From an uncultured Chloroflexia bacterium (GTDB lineage Bacteria; Chloroflexota; Limnocylindria; Limnocylindrales; CSP1-4): a stretch of DNA of 64,000 bases. The stretch is from NCBI GenBank assembly GCA_963713975.1, contig OY970218.1, positions 256,001-320,000 on the forward strand, given 5' to 3'. Shown one piece after another: positions 1 to 7,747 of the stretch. Under the pieces are notes generated by a model that did no database searches, had not been told where the DNA came from, and saw only the letters and a program-made list of their open reading frames with translations. The position numbers were made by a program, and so were the translations under genes. Position 1 is the first letter of the stretch, and each line of letters begins with the position of its first letter.

Positions 1-2
1 CG

Positions 3-194
3 CGGGAGCGGATCCTGCACGTGGCGCAGAGCCTGTTCCACGACCACGTGCCCGCGAAGGAGCTGGGCGTGGCCACGGTCTGGATCGACCGCCGACACGG
101 GCGGGTGGGCGGGGGTGCAACCCCAACGGCCCAGGCGACGCCTGACGTCACCGCGACATCGATGGCGTCGTTCGCGGACATGGCGCTGGGCTGA
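3..194 (+). CDS. HAD-family hydrolase (haloacid dehalogenase type II-like), 3' end only
   Basis: Frame 3 reads RERILHVAQSLFHDHVPAKELGVATVWIDRR...TGA; HVAQSLFHD is the C-terminal motif of this HAD subfamily. Confidence 0.8.
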   Translation, partial: RERILHVAQSLFHDHVPAKELGVATVWIDRRHGRVGGGATPTAQATPDVTATSMASFADMALG

Positions 195-252
195 CGCCGC
201 CCCGCGCGGCGCGGAGCCGATCCGCGGCCGGCTGCTGCGGGTCAGCTGCGGG

Positions 253-522
253 TCAGCTCCCCGCGAGCAGGTCCACAACGCGCGGCTTGGCGCTCTCGGC
301 CAGGTGTGCGTCCAGCATCCGCGATGCGGCCTCGACATGGGGGCAGACGCGCGTCCCAGCGAAGAAGTCGCAGTCGCACGTCCAGCCACCCTCGCCCAGC
401 CCGATCACGTGGGTACCACCACCCGCATCGAAGGTTGCCGCAAGCCCGCCGATCTGAAGCCGGTCGTGCTCCAGGGCGTATCGATGTGCCTTCTCGGCCT
501 TCGTGACGATGGTGCTCTGCAT
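253..522 (-). CDS. Small SWIM zinc-finger protein (89 aa)
   Basis: MQSTIVTKAEKAHRYALE...WTCDCDFFAGTRVCPH: CxC-x7-CxH SWIM motif; start placed at ATG 522. Confidence 0.75.
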   Translation of the reverse strand: MQSTIVTKAEKAHRYALEHDRLQIGGLAATFDAGGGTHVIGLGEGGWTCDCDFFAGTRVCPHVEAASRMLDAHLAESAKPRVVDLLAGS

Positions 523-668
523 GCTGATTGGCCCTCGGCTCTGGTGGCGGCGGATCGGCGGGTGTCCCTCCATGGTCGTGCCGACGTCGCCGGTGGTCAA
601 GCCCGGCGGCCGTGCGACCGGCGGCGGGCCGTCCCGGCGAGGGCCGGGGTGCTGATGGCCTGCCGGAA

Positions 669-881
669 CGGTACGGTTGGCCCCTCACCCGCCGGTTGCC
701 GGGCCGTGATGCTACGCCGCGTCGATCCACCTTTCCCCGAGATGGAGCGACACCGGAGGCGCGGCCACGGGCAGGGCCACCGCTTCCTGCGGCATTCGTG
801 CCGTACGGACGAGCGGCAATTCCACGGAGCTCTTCCCCCGAGCCGTGGGATCGCCGCTCGACTCCCGTCCAGCTCGTACCG
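669..881 (-). ncRNA. Candidate structured RNA (multi-stem, two GGGG(G)AA-loop hairpins), family unassigned
   Basis: Closing helix CGGUACG/CGUACCG and several nested helices; G-U pairs form only on the minus strand; no convincing ORF. Confidence 0.5.
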
Positions 882-894
882 GGGTGCACCGCGG

Positions 895-911
895 ATACTC
901 CCCACGGGTAT
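895..911. promoter_or_regulatory. CsoR/RcnR-family operator-like site
   Basis: ATAC-TCCCCACGG-GTAT (ATAC-N9-GTAT with C/G tracts); minus-strand TTGACA at 930-925 nearby. Confidence 0.5.
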
Positions 912-962
912 TGAGTTGGGGGGTTGTCAAGCGGCGCGCGATGGCCTAGACTACTGGTCCAA

Positions 963-984
963 TGGCGTGTCATTTGACACGCCA
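963..984. promoter_or_regulatory. Perfect inverted repeat upstream of sigma gene
   Basis: TGGCGTGTCA-TT-TGACACGCCA; contains TTGACA at 974-979. Confidence 0.5.
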
Positions 985-1096
985 CTACGTGTGTCGGGTG
1001 GCGTGGATCCGGCACTCGCCCTGCCTGCGGGCCGGGCGGCTGGTCGCAAGTCCACGGACCGCACGGTCGGGTGCGGCACCGTTCAGCTGGAGCAAC

Positions 1097-2665
1097 GTGA
1101 TTTCAATCGATCCGTCTACCCCCGCCTCCGACAAGGAGGCCGAGCTCGCCGCGGCTGCCATCGAGCTGGACCCCGTGGCCGCCGCGCTCGAGGCCGATGC
1201 GCTGATCGCCGAAGATGCCAGCGCGGAGGTGCCTGCCGCCAAGGTGGCCGTCGCCAAGGCGCCGGTCGCCGCCCCCGTCAAGGTCGACGCCGAAGCAGAG
1301 CCTGAGCCCGTCCAGGCCGAGGTCCTCGACACGGACGACTCCGTCCGTCTCTACCTGCGGGAGATCGGTCGCGTGCCGCTCCTCACCGCGGAGGAGGAGG
1401 TCATCCTGGCCAAGGGCATGGAGCTGGGTGGCCAGGGCGAGACCGAGCCGTGGAAGGCCATCCTCGCCATCCATGAGTGGACGCTGCATCGCACCGAGCC
1501 CACCGCCCGCGCCAAGGACAAGCGCTACGTGCTGCCGTTCGAGGCGGCGTCGCACCGCATCGTCGAGACGGCGATCCGCTCCGACGACGCGCTCGACCTG
1601 CTGGTCACCGCTCCGCCGCTCGGCCTCGCCGACGCCCTCAAGAAGGTGGAGACGGACGGCCTCAAGGAGCGCCTCATCCATGCCGGCGACATGCGCTCCG
1701 TCTACAACGAGCGGCTGGACAGCGACACCTTCCTGGACCTGCTCAACTGGATCGAGGGCGAGCTGGGCCGGCCGAATGCCGAGATCCGCGCCAGCGCCGC
1801 GCTCAAGGACCTGCGCGAGTGGGCTCGCACCGAGATCGCCTACCCGGCGATCCAGCGCTACCTGGATGCGGGCAACGACGGCGAGACGCTCGACGAGCTC
1901 GGCCCGACGCTCAAGGCGCTGGCGAAGACCTCGCGGGACCACCTGACGTCGGCCAACCTGCGCCTCGTCGTGTCGATCGCCCGCAAGTACATCAACCAGG
2001 CCGGGATGGGCCTGCTGGACCTCGTCCAGGAGGGCAACGCCGGCCTGATCCGCGCCGTCGACAAGTTCGAGTACGAGCGCGGCTTCAAGTTCAGCACCTA
2101 CGCCACCTGGTGGATCCGCCAGGCGATCCAGCGCGGCCTCGCGGACCAGAGCCGGACCATCCGGATCCCGGTCCACATGGTCGAGACGATGGGGCGCGTC
2201 GCACGCGTCGTGCGGGAGCTGTCGACCCAGCTGGGCCGCGAGCCCACGAACACCGAGATCGCCGCGGCCCTTCCCGACGAGACGCCGGCGATGACGCCGC
2301 AGCGCGTCGAGGAGATCCGCAAGCTCGGCCGGGAGCCCGTCTCCCTGCAGTCACCGGTGGGGGACGAGGGCGACGCGGAGCTGGGCGAGCTGATCCCGGA
2401 CGAGGACGCGGTCTCCCCGCTGGACGTGGTCGCTGACCGCATGCGCCGGGAGCAGATCGAGCACGTGCTCGCCAGCCTCGACGGACGCGAGCAGCGCGTC
2501 CTGCGCCTCCGCTTCGGCCTCGACGACGGGCATGCCCGGACGCTCGAGGAGGTTGGTCGCGAGTTCGGCCTGACCCGTGAGCGCATCCGCCAGATCGAGG
2601 TCCAGGCGCTGCGCAAGCTGCGCCACCCCTCCCGCAGCCGCAAGCTCCGGGAGTTCGCCGCCTAG
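1097..2665 (+). CDS. RNA polymerase sigma-70 factor, RpoD/SigA-like (group 1/2)
   Basis: Region 1.2 [11 protein letters not shown], region 2 [21 protein letters not shown], region 4 [20 protein letters not shown]; GTG start after GGAG. Confidence 0.93.
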   Translation: MISIDPSTPASDKEAELAAAAIELDPVAAALEADALIAEDASAEVPAAKVAVAKAPVAAPVKVDAEAEPEPVQAEVLDTDDSVRLYLREIGRVPLLTAEEEVILAKGMELGGQGETEPWKAILAIHEWTLHRTEPTARAKDKRYVLPFEAASHRIVETAIRSDDALDLLVTAPPLGLADALKKVETDGLKERLIHAGDMRSVYNERLDSDTFLDLLNWIEGELGRPNAEIRASAALKDLREWARTEIAYPAIQRYLDAGNDGETLDELGPTLKALAKTSRDHLTSANLRLVVSIARKYINQAGMGLLDLVQEGNAGLIRAVDKFEYERGFKFSTYATWWIRQAIQRGLADQSRTIRIPVHMVETMGRVARVVRELSTQLGREPTNTEIAAALPDETPAMTPQRVEEIRKLGREPVSLQSPVGDEGDAELGELIPDEDAVSPLDVVADRMRREQIEHVLASLDGREQRVLRLRFGLDDGHARTLEEVGREFGLTRERIRQIEVQALRKLRHPSRSRKLREFAA

Positions 2666-2687
2666 TCTTCTGTCCGAACAGACACAG

Positions 2688-2726
2688 AACGGCCGCGTCG
2701 CACGCCGACGCGGCCGTTTCGTTTGT
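2688..2726 (+). terminator. Intrinsic terminator hairpin between convergent genes
   Basis: AACGGCCGCGTCG-CACGC-CGACGCGGCCGTT followed by TCGTTTGT. Confidence 0.7.
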
Positions 2727-2739
2727 CCGGATCCCGGTA

Positions 2740-4731
2740 CTACCCGACGATCGCACCTGCGCAGTCCAGGGCCGACATGGCTGCCCCATCGACCGTCACG
2801 GGCGTGCAGGCCGAGGCCACCCAGGAGGTGACATCGGACGTGCCGGCCTGGCCACCGCGTGCCTCACCACCGGTCGAGACGAACCTGAGCTCGCCGGACG
2901 CGACCAGCGCCTGGAGCCGCTCCAGGGACAGCGCGTTGTCGCTGCCGCTGAATCCACCCATGGCCATGGCGGCCCGGCCCGTGGACAGCTCGACCTGACT
3001 GGCCGTGGTCGCATCGCTGACGGCCACGATCCACGTCGCCGCTCCCTGTTCCGCGATCAGGTACTCCAGCGTGGCGGCATCGAGGGAACCACCCTGGGCG
3101 CTGCCGGAGCCGCCATTGCCGGAGCTGCCGGCGGGGCCGTTGCCGGTGCCGTCGGCTGGCGTTTGGCCGATCGCGCCACGCGCGCCCGGAATGCCGTTCG
3201 CGGGGGCGCCGTCGATGGAGGTCGAGGTCGGACCCGCCGACGGGTCGCCGCCGGAGTAGGCCGTCGCCATGGTGTCGACCGCGTAGGCTGCCGGTCCCGC
3301 CAGGAGCATCGCGAGGGCAAGCCCCGCGGCCGCGGCCTGGACCCGGCCCCACCTTGCGGAGACCGGGAGCGCAAGGATCGGCAGCATGACTGCCGTCACA
3401 ACGATAGCGGCGAGCCCGAGCCCCGGCACGAAGCTTGGGGTCCGGTCGAGCAGCATCATGGCGACGCCGGCCGATCCCAGGATGACGATGCCCAGCACGA
3501 CGCCCACCCACGGGTACCGCTCGCGGGCCCGCCACATGGCCACCACGCCCCCGCCGACGAGCGCGCCGACCGCAGGTGCCATCGCCACGACGTAGTAGCT
3601 GTGGATCACGCCGGACATGAAGCTGAAGACGATCACGTGGACCGCCAGCCACCCGCCCCACATCAGGAACGCGGCGCGTGCGAGGTCCGTTCGTGGGGCA
3701 CGCAGGCGCGACGCGAGGCCGGCGGCTAGGCCAACCACGGACAGGGGCAGGAACCAGGCGATCTGGCCGCCCAGCTGGCTGTTGAACAGCCGCAGGATCC
3801 CGGGGGTGCCGGAGAAGCCACCGCCACCCCCACCGGACGCCGCGCCAGCCCCACCCTGGCCAAAGATCCGGCCAAGGCCGTCGTAGCCCAGGACGAGGTC
3901 CAGCGCGGAGTTGTTGGTGCTGCCGCCGACGTAGGCGCGCGACCCGGCCGGGATGAGCTCCATGGCAACGACCCACCACGAGGAGGCGACGATGACGGAG
4001 AATGCCGCGACCGTGAGGCCGGCGATCCGGCGACGGACCGAACCCGGAGCAGCGATCGCATAGACGATGGCGAACACCGGCAGCACGAGGAATGCCTGGA
4101 GGAGCTTGGTCTCGAACCCGAGACCGACGAGGATCCCTGCCATCGCGATCCAGCGAAGGCTGTTGTGCTCGAGCGCCCGCATGAACGCATACGCAGACCC
4201 GACGAGGAGCAGCGTTAGCAGAGCGTCCGGGTTGTTGTAGCGGAAGATCAGGACGGCTGCGGGGGTCAGGGCCGTGACGAGGCCGGCGATGATCGACGCC
4301 GGGGCGCCGAACGTCCGGCGCACCGTCGCCATCAACAGGGCCACCGTTCCGACACCCATGAGGGCCTGGGGCAGCAGGATGGAAGCGGGGCTGAGCCCGA
4401 AGATCCGCACCGAGAGCCCCATCACCATCGTCGCGAGCGGCGGCTTGTCCACCGTGATGAAGTTCGCGGGGTCGATCGAGCCCATGAACCAGGCGGACCA
4501 GCTCTGCGAGGCAGCCCACGCGGCGCCTGAGTAGTACACGTTGGCGTAGCCACTCACAGTGAGGTTGACGATGTACAGGAGCGAGGCCAGAGCGAGCACA
4601 GCGGCGGTCGCTGGGAGCACCCAGGTGGCCTCGCCTGCGCGGGCTCGGATCAGGAGCCGCTCGAGTCGCGCGGTCGGAGCCTGGGCGGGGCGGACACGCG
4701 GTTCGGCGCTGGGCGGGGCGAGGGTGGTCAT
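2740..4731 (-). CDS. Glycosyltransferase family 39 (ArnT/PMT-like, YkcB-like) membrane protein
   Basis: ANVYYS, FITVDKPP, RYNNPDALL, YVGGSTNNS, HSYY motifs; many TM segments; Gly-rich loops. Confidence 0.9.
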   Translation of the reverse strand: MTTLAPPSAEPRVRPAQAPTARLERLLIRARAGEATWVLPATAAVLALASLLYIVNLTVSGYANVYYSGAAWAASQSWSAWFMGSIDPANFITVDKPPLATMVMGLSVRIFGLSPASILLPQALMGVGTVALLMATVRRTFGAPASIIAGLVTALTPAAVLIFRYNNPDALLTLLLVGSAYAFMRALEHNSLRWIAMAGILVGLGFETKLLQAFLVLPVFAIVYAIAAPGSVRRRIAGLTVAAFSVIVASSWWVVAMELIPAGSRAYVGGSTNNSALDLVLGYDGLGRIFGQGGAGAASGGGGGGFSGTPGILRLFNSQLGGQIAWFLPLSVVGLAAGLASRLRAPRTDLARAAFLMWGGWLAVHVIVFSFMSGVIHSYYVVAMAPAVGALVGGGVVAMWRARERYPWVGVVLGIVILGSAGVAMMLLDRTPSFVPGLGLAAIVVTAVMLPILALPVSARWGRVQAAAAGLALAMLLAGPAAYAVDTMATAYSGGDPSAGPTSTSIDGAPANGIPGARGAIGQTPADGTGNGPAGSSGNGGSGSAQGGSLDAATLEYLIAEQGAATWIVAVSDATTASQVELSTGRAAMAMGGFSGSDNALSLERLQALVASGELRFVSTGGEARGGQAGTSDVTSWVASACTPVTVDGAAMSALDCAGAIVG

Positions 4732-5240
4732 GACTGGCTCCTGGTCGAAGGCTGGACGACGTGGGGTGAGGGCCGTCGGTCGGTCCGGATCCACGCCCTG
4801 AGGAGGACGAAACGCGCCACCGTTGCAAGGGTGTTCGCGACGATGAGGACCGCCAGCTCCACCATCCGCCCGGCGCCCGGGGCGACTGCGTCCAGGAATC
4901 GCACGGAGAGGGTGGTGATGGCCAGGGCGACGCCCAGTGCGGCGAGGCCGCCGGCCTGGTCGCGGAGCATCGAGCGGCGGCCGCGAACACCGAAGGTGAG
5001 GCGCCGGTTCGCGGCCGTGTTGCCGATCGCGGTGACGACCAGTGCGGCGGCGTTGGAGGCCGTCGCGCCGAGGACGGTACGCAGCGCCAGGTACAGGACC
5101 GCGTAGGCGACCGTGCTGACGATCCCGATCGCCGCGAACGAGATCACCTCGCGCCCGAGGCCCGACCGCAGGATCGCGGTGGCAATGGCGACCGGTGCAG
5201 CCGCCGTCATTCGGAGCCGGAGTTGGGTGGGGGCAGTCAT
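4728..5240 (-). CDS. GtrA-family flippase-like protein
   Basis: SFAAIGIVSTVAY...NTAANRRLTF...ANTLATVARF; four TM; stop overlaps the GT39 start. Confidence 0.82.
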   Translation of the reverse strand: MTAPTQLRLRMTAAAPVAIATAILRSGLGREVISFAAIGIVSTVAYAVLYLALRTVLGATASNAAALVVTAIGNTAANRRLTFGVRGRRSMLRDQAGGLAALGVALAITTLSVRFLDAVAPGAGRMVELAVLIVANTLATVARFVLLRAWIRTDRRPSPHVVQPSTRSQS

Positions 5241-5461
5241 CGGGAGCCGCCCGTGGACGCGCGGCCGGGACCGGCGGCGCCGGCTGTCAAGGGCTGGTGA
5301 GGAGACGTCGGGCAACGACCCTGGGTCGGGTCCGGGGAGGGTGTCGTATCCATGCCCGGAGTCTCGGGGTGGGCCCCTTTCGGACCGGTTACACGCAGGC
5401 GTTGCTGGGCCGTAGAGTCCCCCACATGACCGGCCCCGACGCCGGACAGCCCCGGTCCGCC

Positions 5462-6706
5462 TCAGCCCGGCGAGGCGTGGCTCCAGGTCACGGCGAAGCG
5501 AGCTCCACCGGAGGGCGACCTGCCAACCGTCCAGCGGCCGGCCGTCGCGCGCACGATCGTCTCGCCGATCGCCAGGCCCAGTCCCGCTCCACCGGCGTCT
5601 CCGGCTGTGGCCAGCGAGCGGTGGAACCGGTCGAAGATGCGAGCCTCGTCCTCCGGGGCGATCCCGGGGCCCGAGTCGTCCACGGTGACGGTAGCCCGCG
5701 AGCCGTCGAGGCTGACGGTGAGGTCCACGGTCCCCTCCTCCGGGGCGTACTTGCAGGCGTTGTCCAGCAGCACGCCGACGAGGCGGTCGAGCAGATCCGG
5801 GGGCGCCGTCACCAGCACCGGGCCGGCGGGGACGTGGATCCCGAGCCGAAGGCGCCGGGTCTCGGCGACGGCGGCGAAACGGTCGGCGGCGTGGGTCGCC
5901 AGCACGCCAAGGTCCACCGGCCCGGTCGTCGTGGACGGGGCGGCGGCATCGAAGCGCGCCAGCCAGAGCATGTCCTCCAGGAGCCGGCGCATCCGCTTCG
6001 ACTCGCGGTCGATGCGCCCGAAGGCACCGCGGTACCAGTCCGTGTCGCGGTCCTGGGCCAGCGCGAGGCTGGTATGGGCCTCGATGACCGAGAGTGGCGT
6101 GCGCAGCTCGTGCGAGGCATCGGCCGTGAACTCGAGCTGGCGGCGGCGTGCCGCCTCGATCGGCTCGGCGACCCGCCGACCGATCAGCACGGCACCGGCG
6201 AACACGAATCCAAGCAGGAAGGGCGCGATCAGCAGGACCCCGACGACGATGGTCCGCTGCGCATCCCCGACCTGCTCCGCCGACTGGGCAACCACCAGCC
6301 GCCCGTCGGCGACGTCTCCGCCGGCCACCCGCATCGCGGTGCCGTCGATGGTCGCGGTCACCGGCGTCGTCACGTCGACGAGATCGTCCGGCAGCGCCGG
6401 CGTGGTGCTGGCCGCCACGACCGTGCCGTCGTCCATGACGATCCACACCAGGAATGGTGCCCCATAGGGGCGCCCGGGGTCCCGGCCCGGCGATGGTAGC
6501 GTTCCGTCCGGCTGATCGCCCGGAGTGCCGTCCGGAGGCACTCGGAGCATCGCCTCGGTCAGGCGCTGGTCGACCTGGGCTGTCAAGTCCCTCGTGGCGT
6601 AGGCGATGACGCCCGCCGCGATCGCGAAGTACACGACCGCCACCACGAGGGTCGCCGAGAGCGCCACCCGGATGGACTGGCGGCGGACCCCGGGTGCGCC
6701 GCTCAT
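5462..6706 (-). CDS. Sensor histidine kinase
   Basis: Two TM; ADASHELRTP H-box; DNACKY, DSGPGI, GAGLGL boxes. Confidence 0.93.
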   Translation of the reverse strand: MSGAPGVRRQSIRVALSATLVVAVVYFAIAAGVIAYATRDLTAQVDQRLTEAMLRVPPDGTPGDQPDGTLPSPGRDPGRPYGAPFLVWIVMDDGTVVAASTTPALPDDLVDVTTPVTATIDGTAMRVAGGDVADGRLVVAQSAEQVGDAQRTIVVGVLLIAPFLLGFVFAGAVLIGRRVAEPIEAARRRQLEFTADASHELRTPLSVIEAHTSLALAQDRDTDWYRGAFGRIDRESKRMRRLLEDMLWLARFDAAAPSTTTGPVDLGVLATHAADRFAAVAETRRLRLGIHVPAGPVLVTAPPDLLDRLVGVLLDNACKYAPEEGTVDLTVSLDGSRATVTVDDSGPGIAPEDEARIFDRFHRSLATAGDAGGAGLGLAIGETIVRATAGRWTVGRSPSGGARFAVTWSHASPG

Positions 6707-7377
6707 CGTCCCTCCGGCTCCACGCGGTAGCCGGCACCGCGGACCGTGACGATCCGGATGCCCGCATCGGGCAGCTTGGCACGGAGGCGGCTGAGCTGGA
6801 CATCGATGGCGTTGGAGCCCAGGGGATCCGTCTCGTCCGCCCAGGCATGCTCCGCGATGGCCTTCCGGTCGACGACCGCCGGCATCCGGCGCAGCAGGAG
6901 CTCCAGGATCCGGTACTCGGTGGCGGTGAGCGACCGCTCCAGGCCATCGACGGTGACGAGGCGGGTCACCGGGTCCAGGGCCAGCTTGCCGACGCGCAGG
7001 ACCGGAGCGTCCACCCCGCGTGGACGGCGCTGGAGGGCCCGCACCCTGGCCAGCAGCTCCCCGAAGTCAAAGGGCTTGACGAGGTAGTCATCGGCGCCGC
7101 TGTCCAGGCCCCGGATCCGGTCCGCGGGCGTGTCCCGCGCCGTCAGCATCAGGAGCCCGGTCGGCCGGTCATGCCTCCGCGCCCAGGCCACGACGTCGAC
7201 CCCCTCGGCGCCCGGCATCCGCCAGTCGATCACGGCGACGTCGTACTCGTACCACCTCAGCTGGTCAATGGCATCGTCGCCACGGGCCACGGCATCGACG
7301 TGGTAGCCGGCATCGGCGAGGCCGAGGACCAGGACCTCACGGAGGCCCTCGTCATCCTCGGCCACCAGGATCCTCAT
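6703..7377 (-). CDS. OmpR-family response regulator
   Basis: MRILVAEDD, LTARD, GADDYLVKPF, TVRGAGY. Confidence 0.95.
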   Translation of the reverse strand: MRILVAEDDEGLREVLVLGLADAGYHVDAVARGDDAIDQLRWYEYDVAVIDWRMPGAEGVDVVAWARRHDRPTGLLMLTARDTPADRIRGLDSGADDYLVKPFDFGELLARVRALQRRPRGVDAPVLRVGKLALDPVTRLVTVDGLERSLTATEYRILELLLRRMPAVVDRKAIAEHAWADETDPLGSNAIDVQLSRLRAKLPDAGIRIVTVRGAGYRVEPEGR

Positions 7378-7747
7378 GCCGTCAGCCTCCGTTGCGGCTC
7401 GTCAGTCGGGCAGCTTCTGCCGTGGTGATCGTGCCACGGGGGATCATGCGCCACGCGGGGTGCGGTGCGTCGACCGTCACGCACGCCAGGTCGGTCACGA
7501 GCATCGTGGTCGAGCATCGGTGGGCCTCCTTGGGCAAGAGGTGCGGGCCCGGGCCGGGGGGAGGGCGCCGGGCCCGCGGTGGCGTTCAGGGACCAGTCTC
7601 GCCGCCGGACCCTTGCGATCCGGTTACGCGACGCCAGCCGCGCCGTGGTCCCGGGGCGTCAGCGCAGCGTCCACCGGTCCGCGTCGGCCTCCGGTCGGGG
7701 CCATCCGGCAGATGCGGGACGGCGCGCCGGGGTCGATCCTCGGCGAC

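Noticed and set aside
675-705. GGCAACC...GGGGCCAA on the minus strand resembling the SAM-I P3 region
   Set aside because: The upstream AUCxAGAG and GAGGGA kink-turn elements are missing, and the downstream gene is not a sulfur-metabolism gene.
644-887. MITE interpretation of the structured element (9-bp flanking direct repeat)
   Set aside because: No terminal inverted repeats next to the direct repeats and no second copy in the window; a 9-bp GC-rich match can occur by chance.
4728-6947. 739-aa ORF suggesting a large GtrA fusion
   Set aside because: Only the last 170 aa look like protein; the rest overlaps the kinase and regulator in another frame.
7378-7747. 370-nt divergent intergenic region as a purine riboswitch
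   Set aside because: No purine- or xanthine-riboswitch consensus recognised; only generic GC-rich hairpins.
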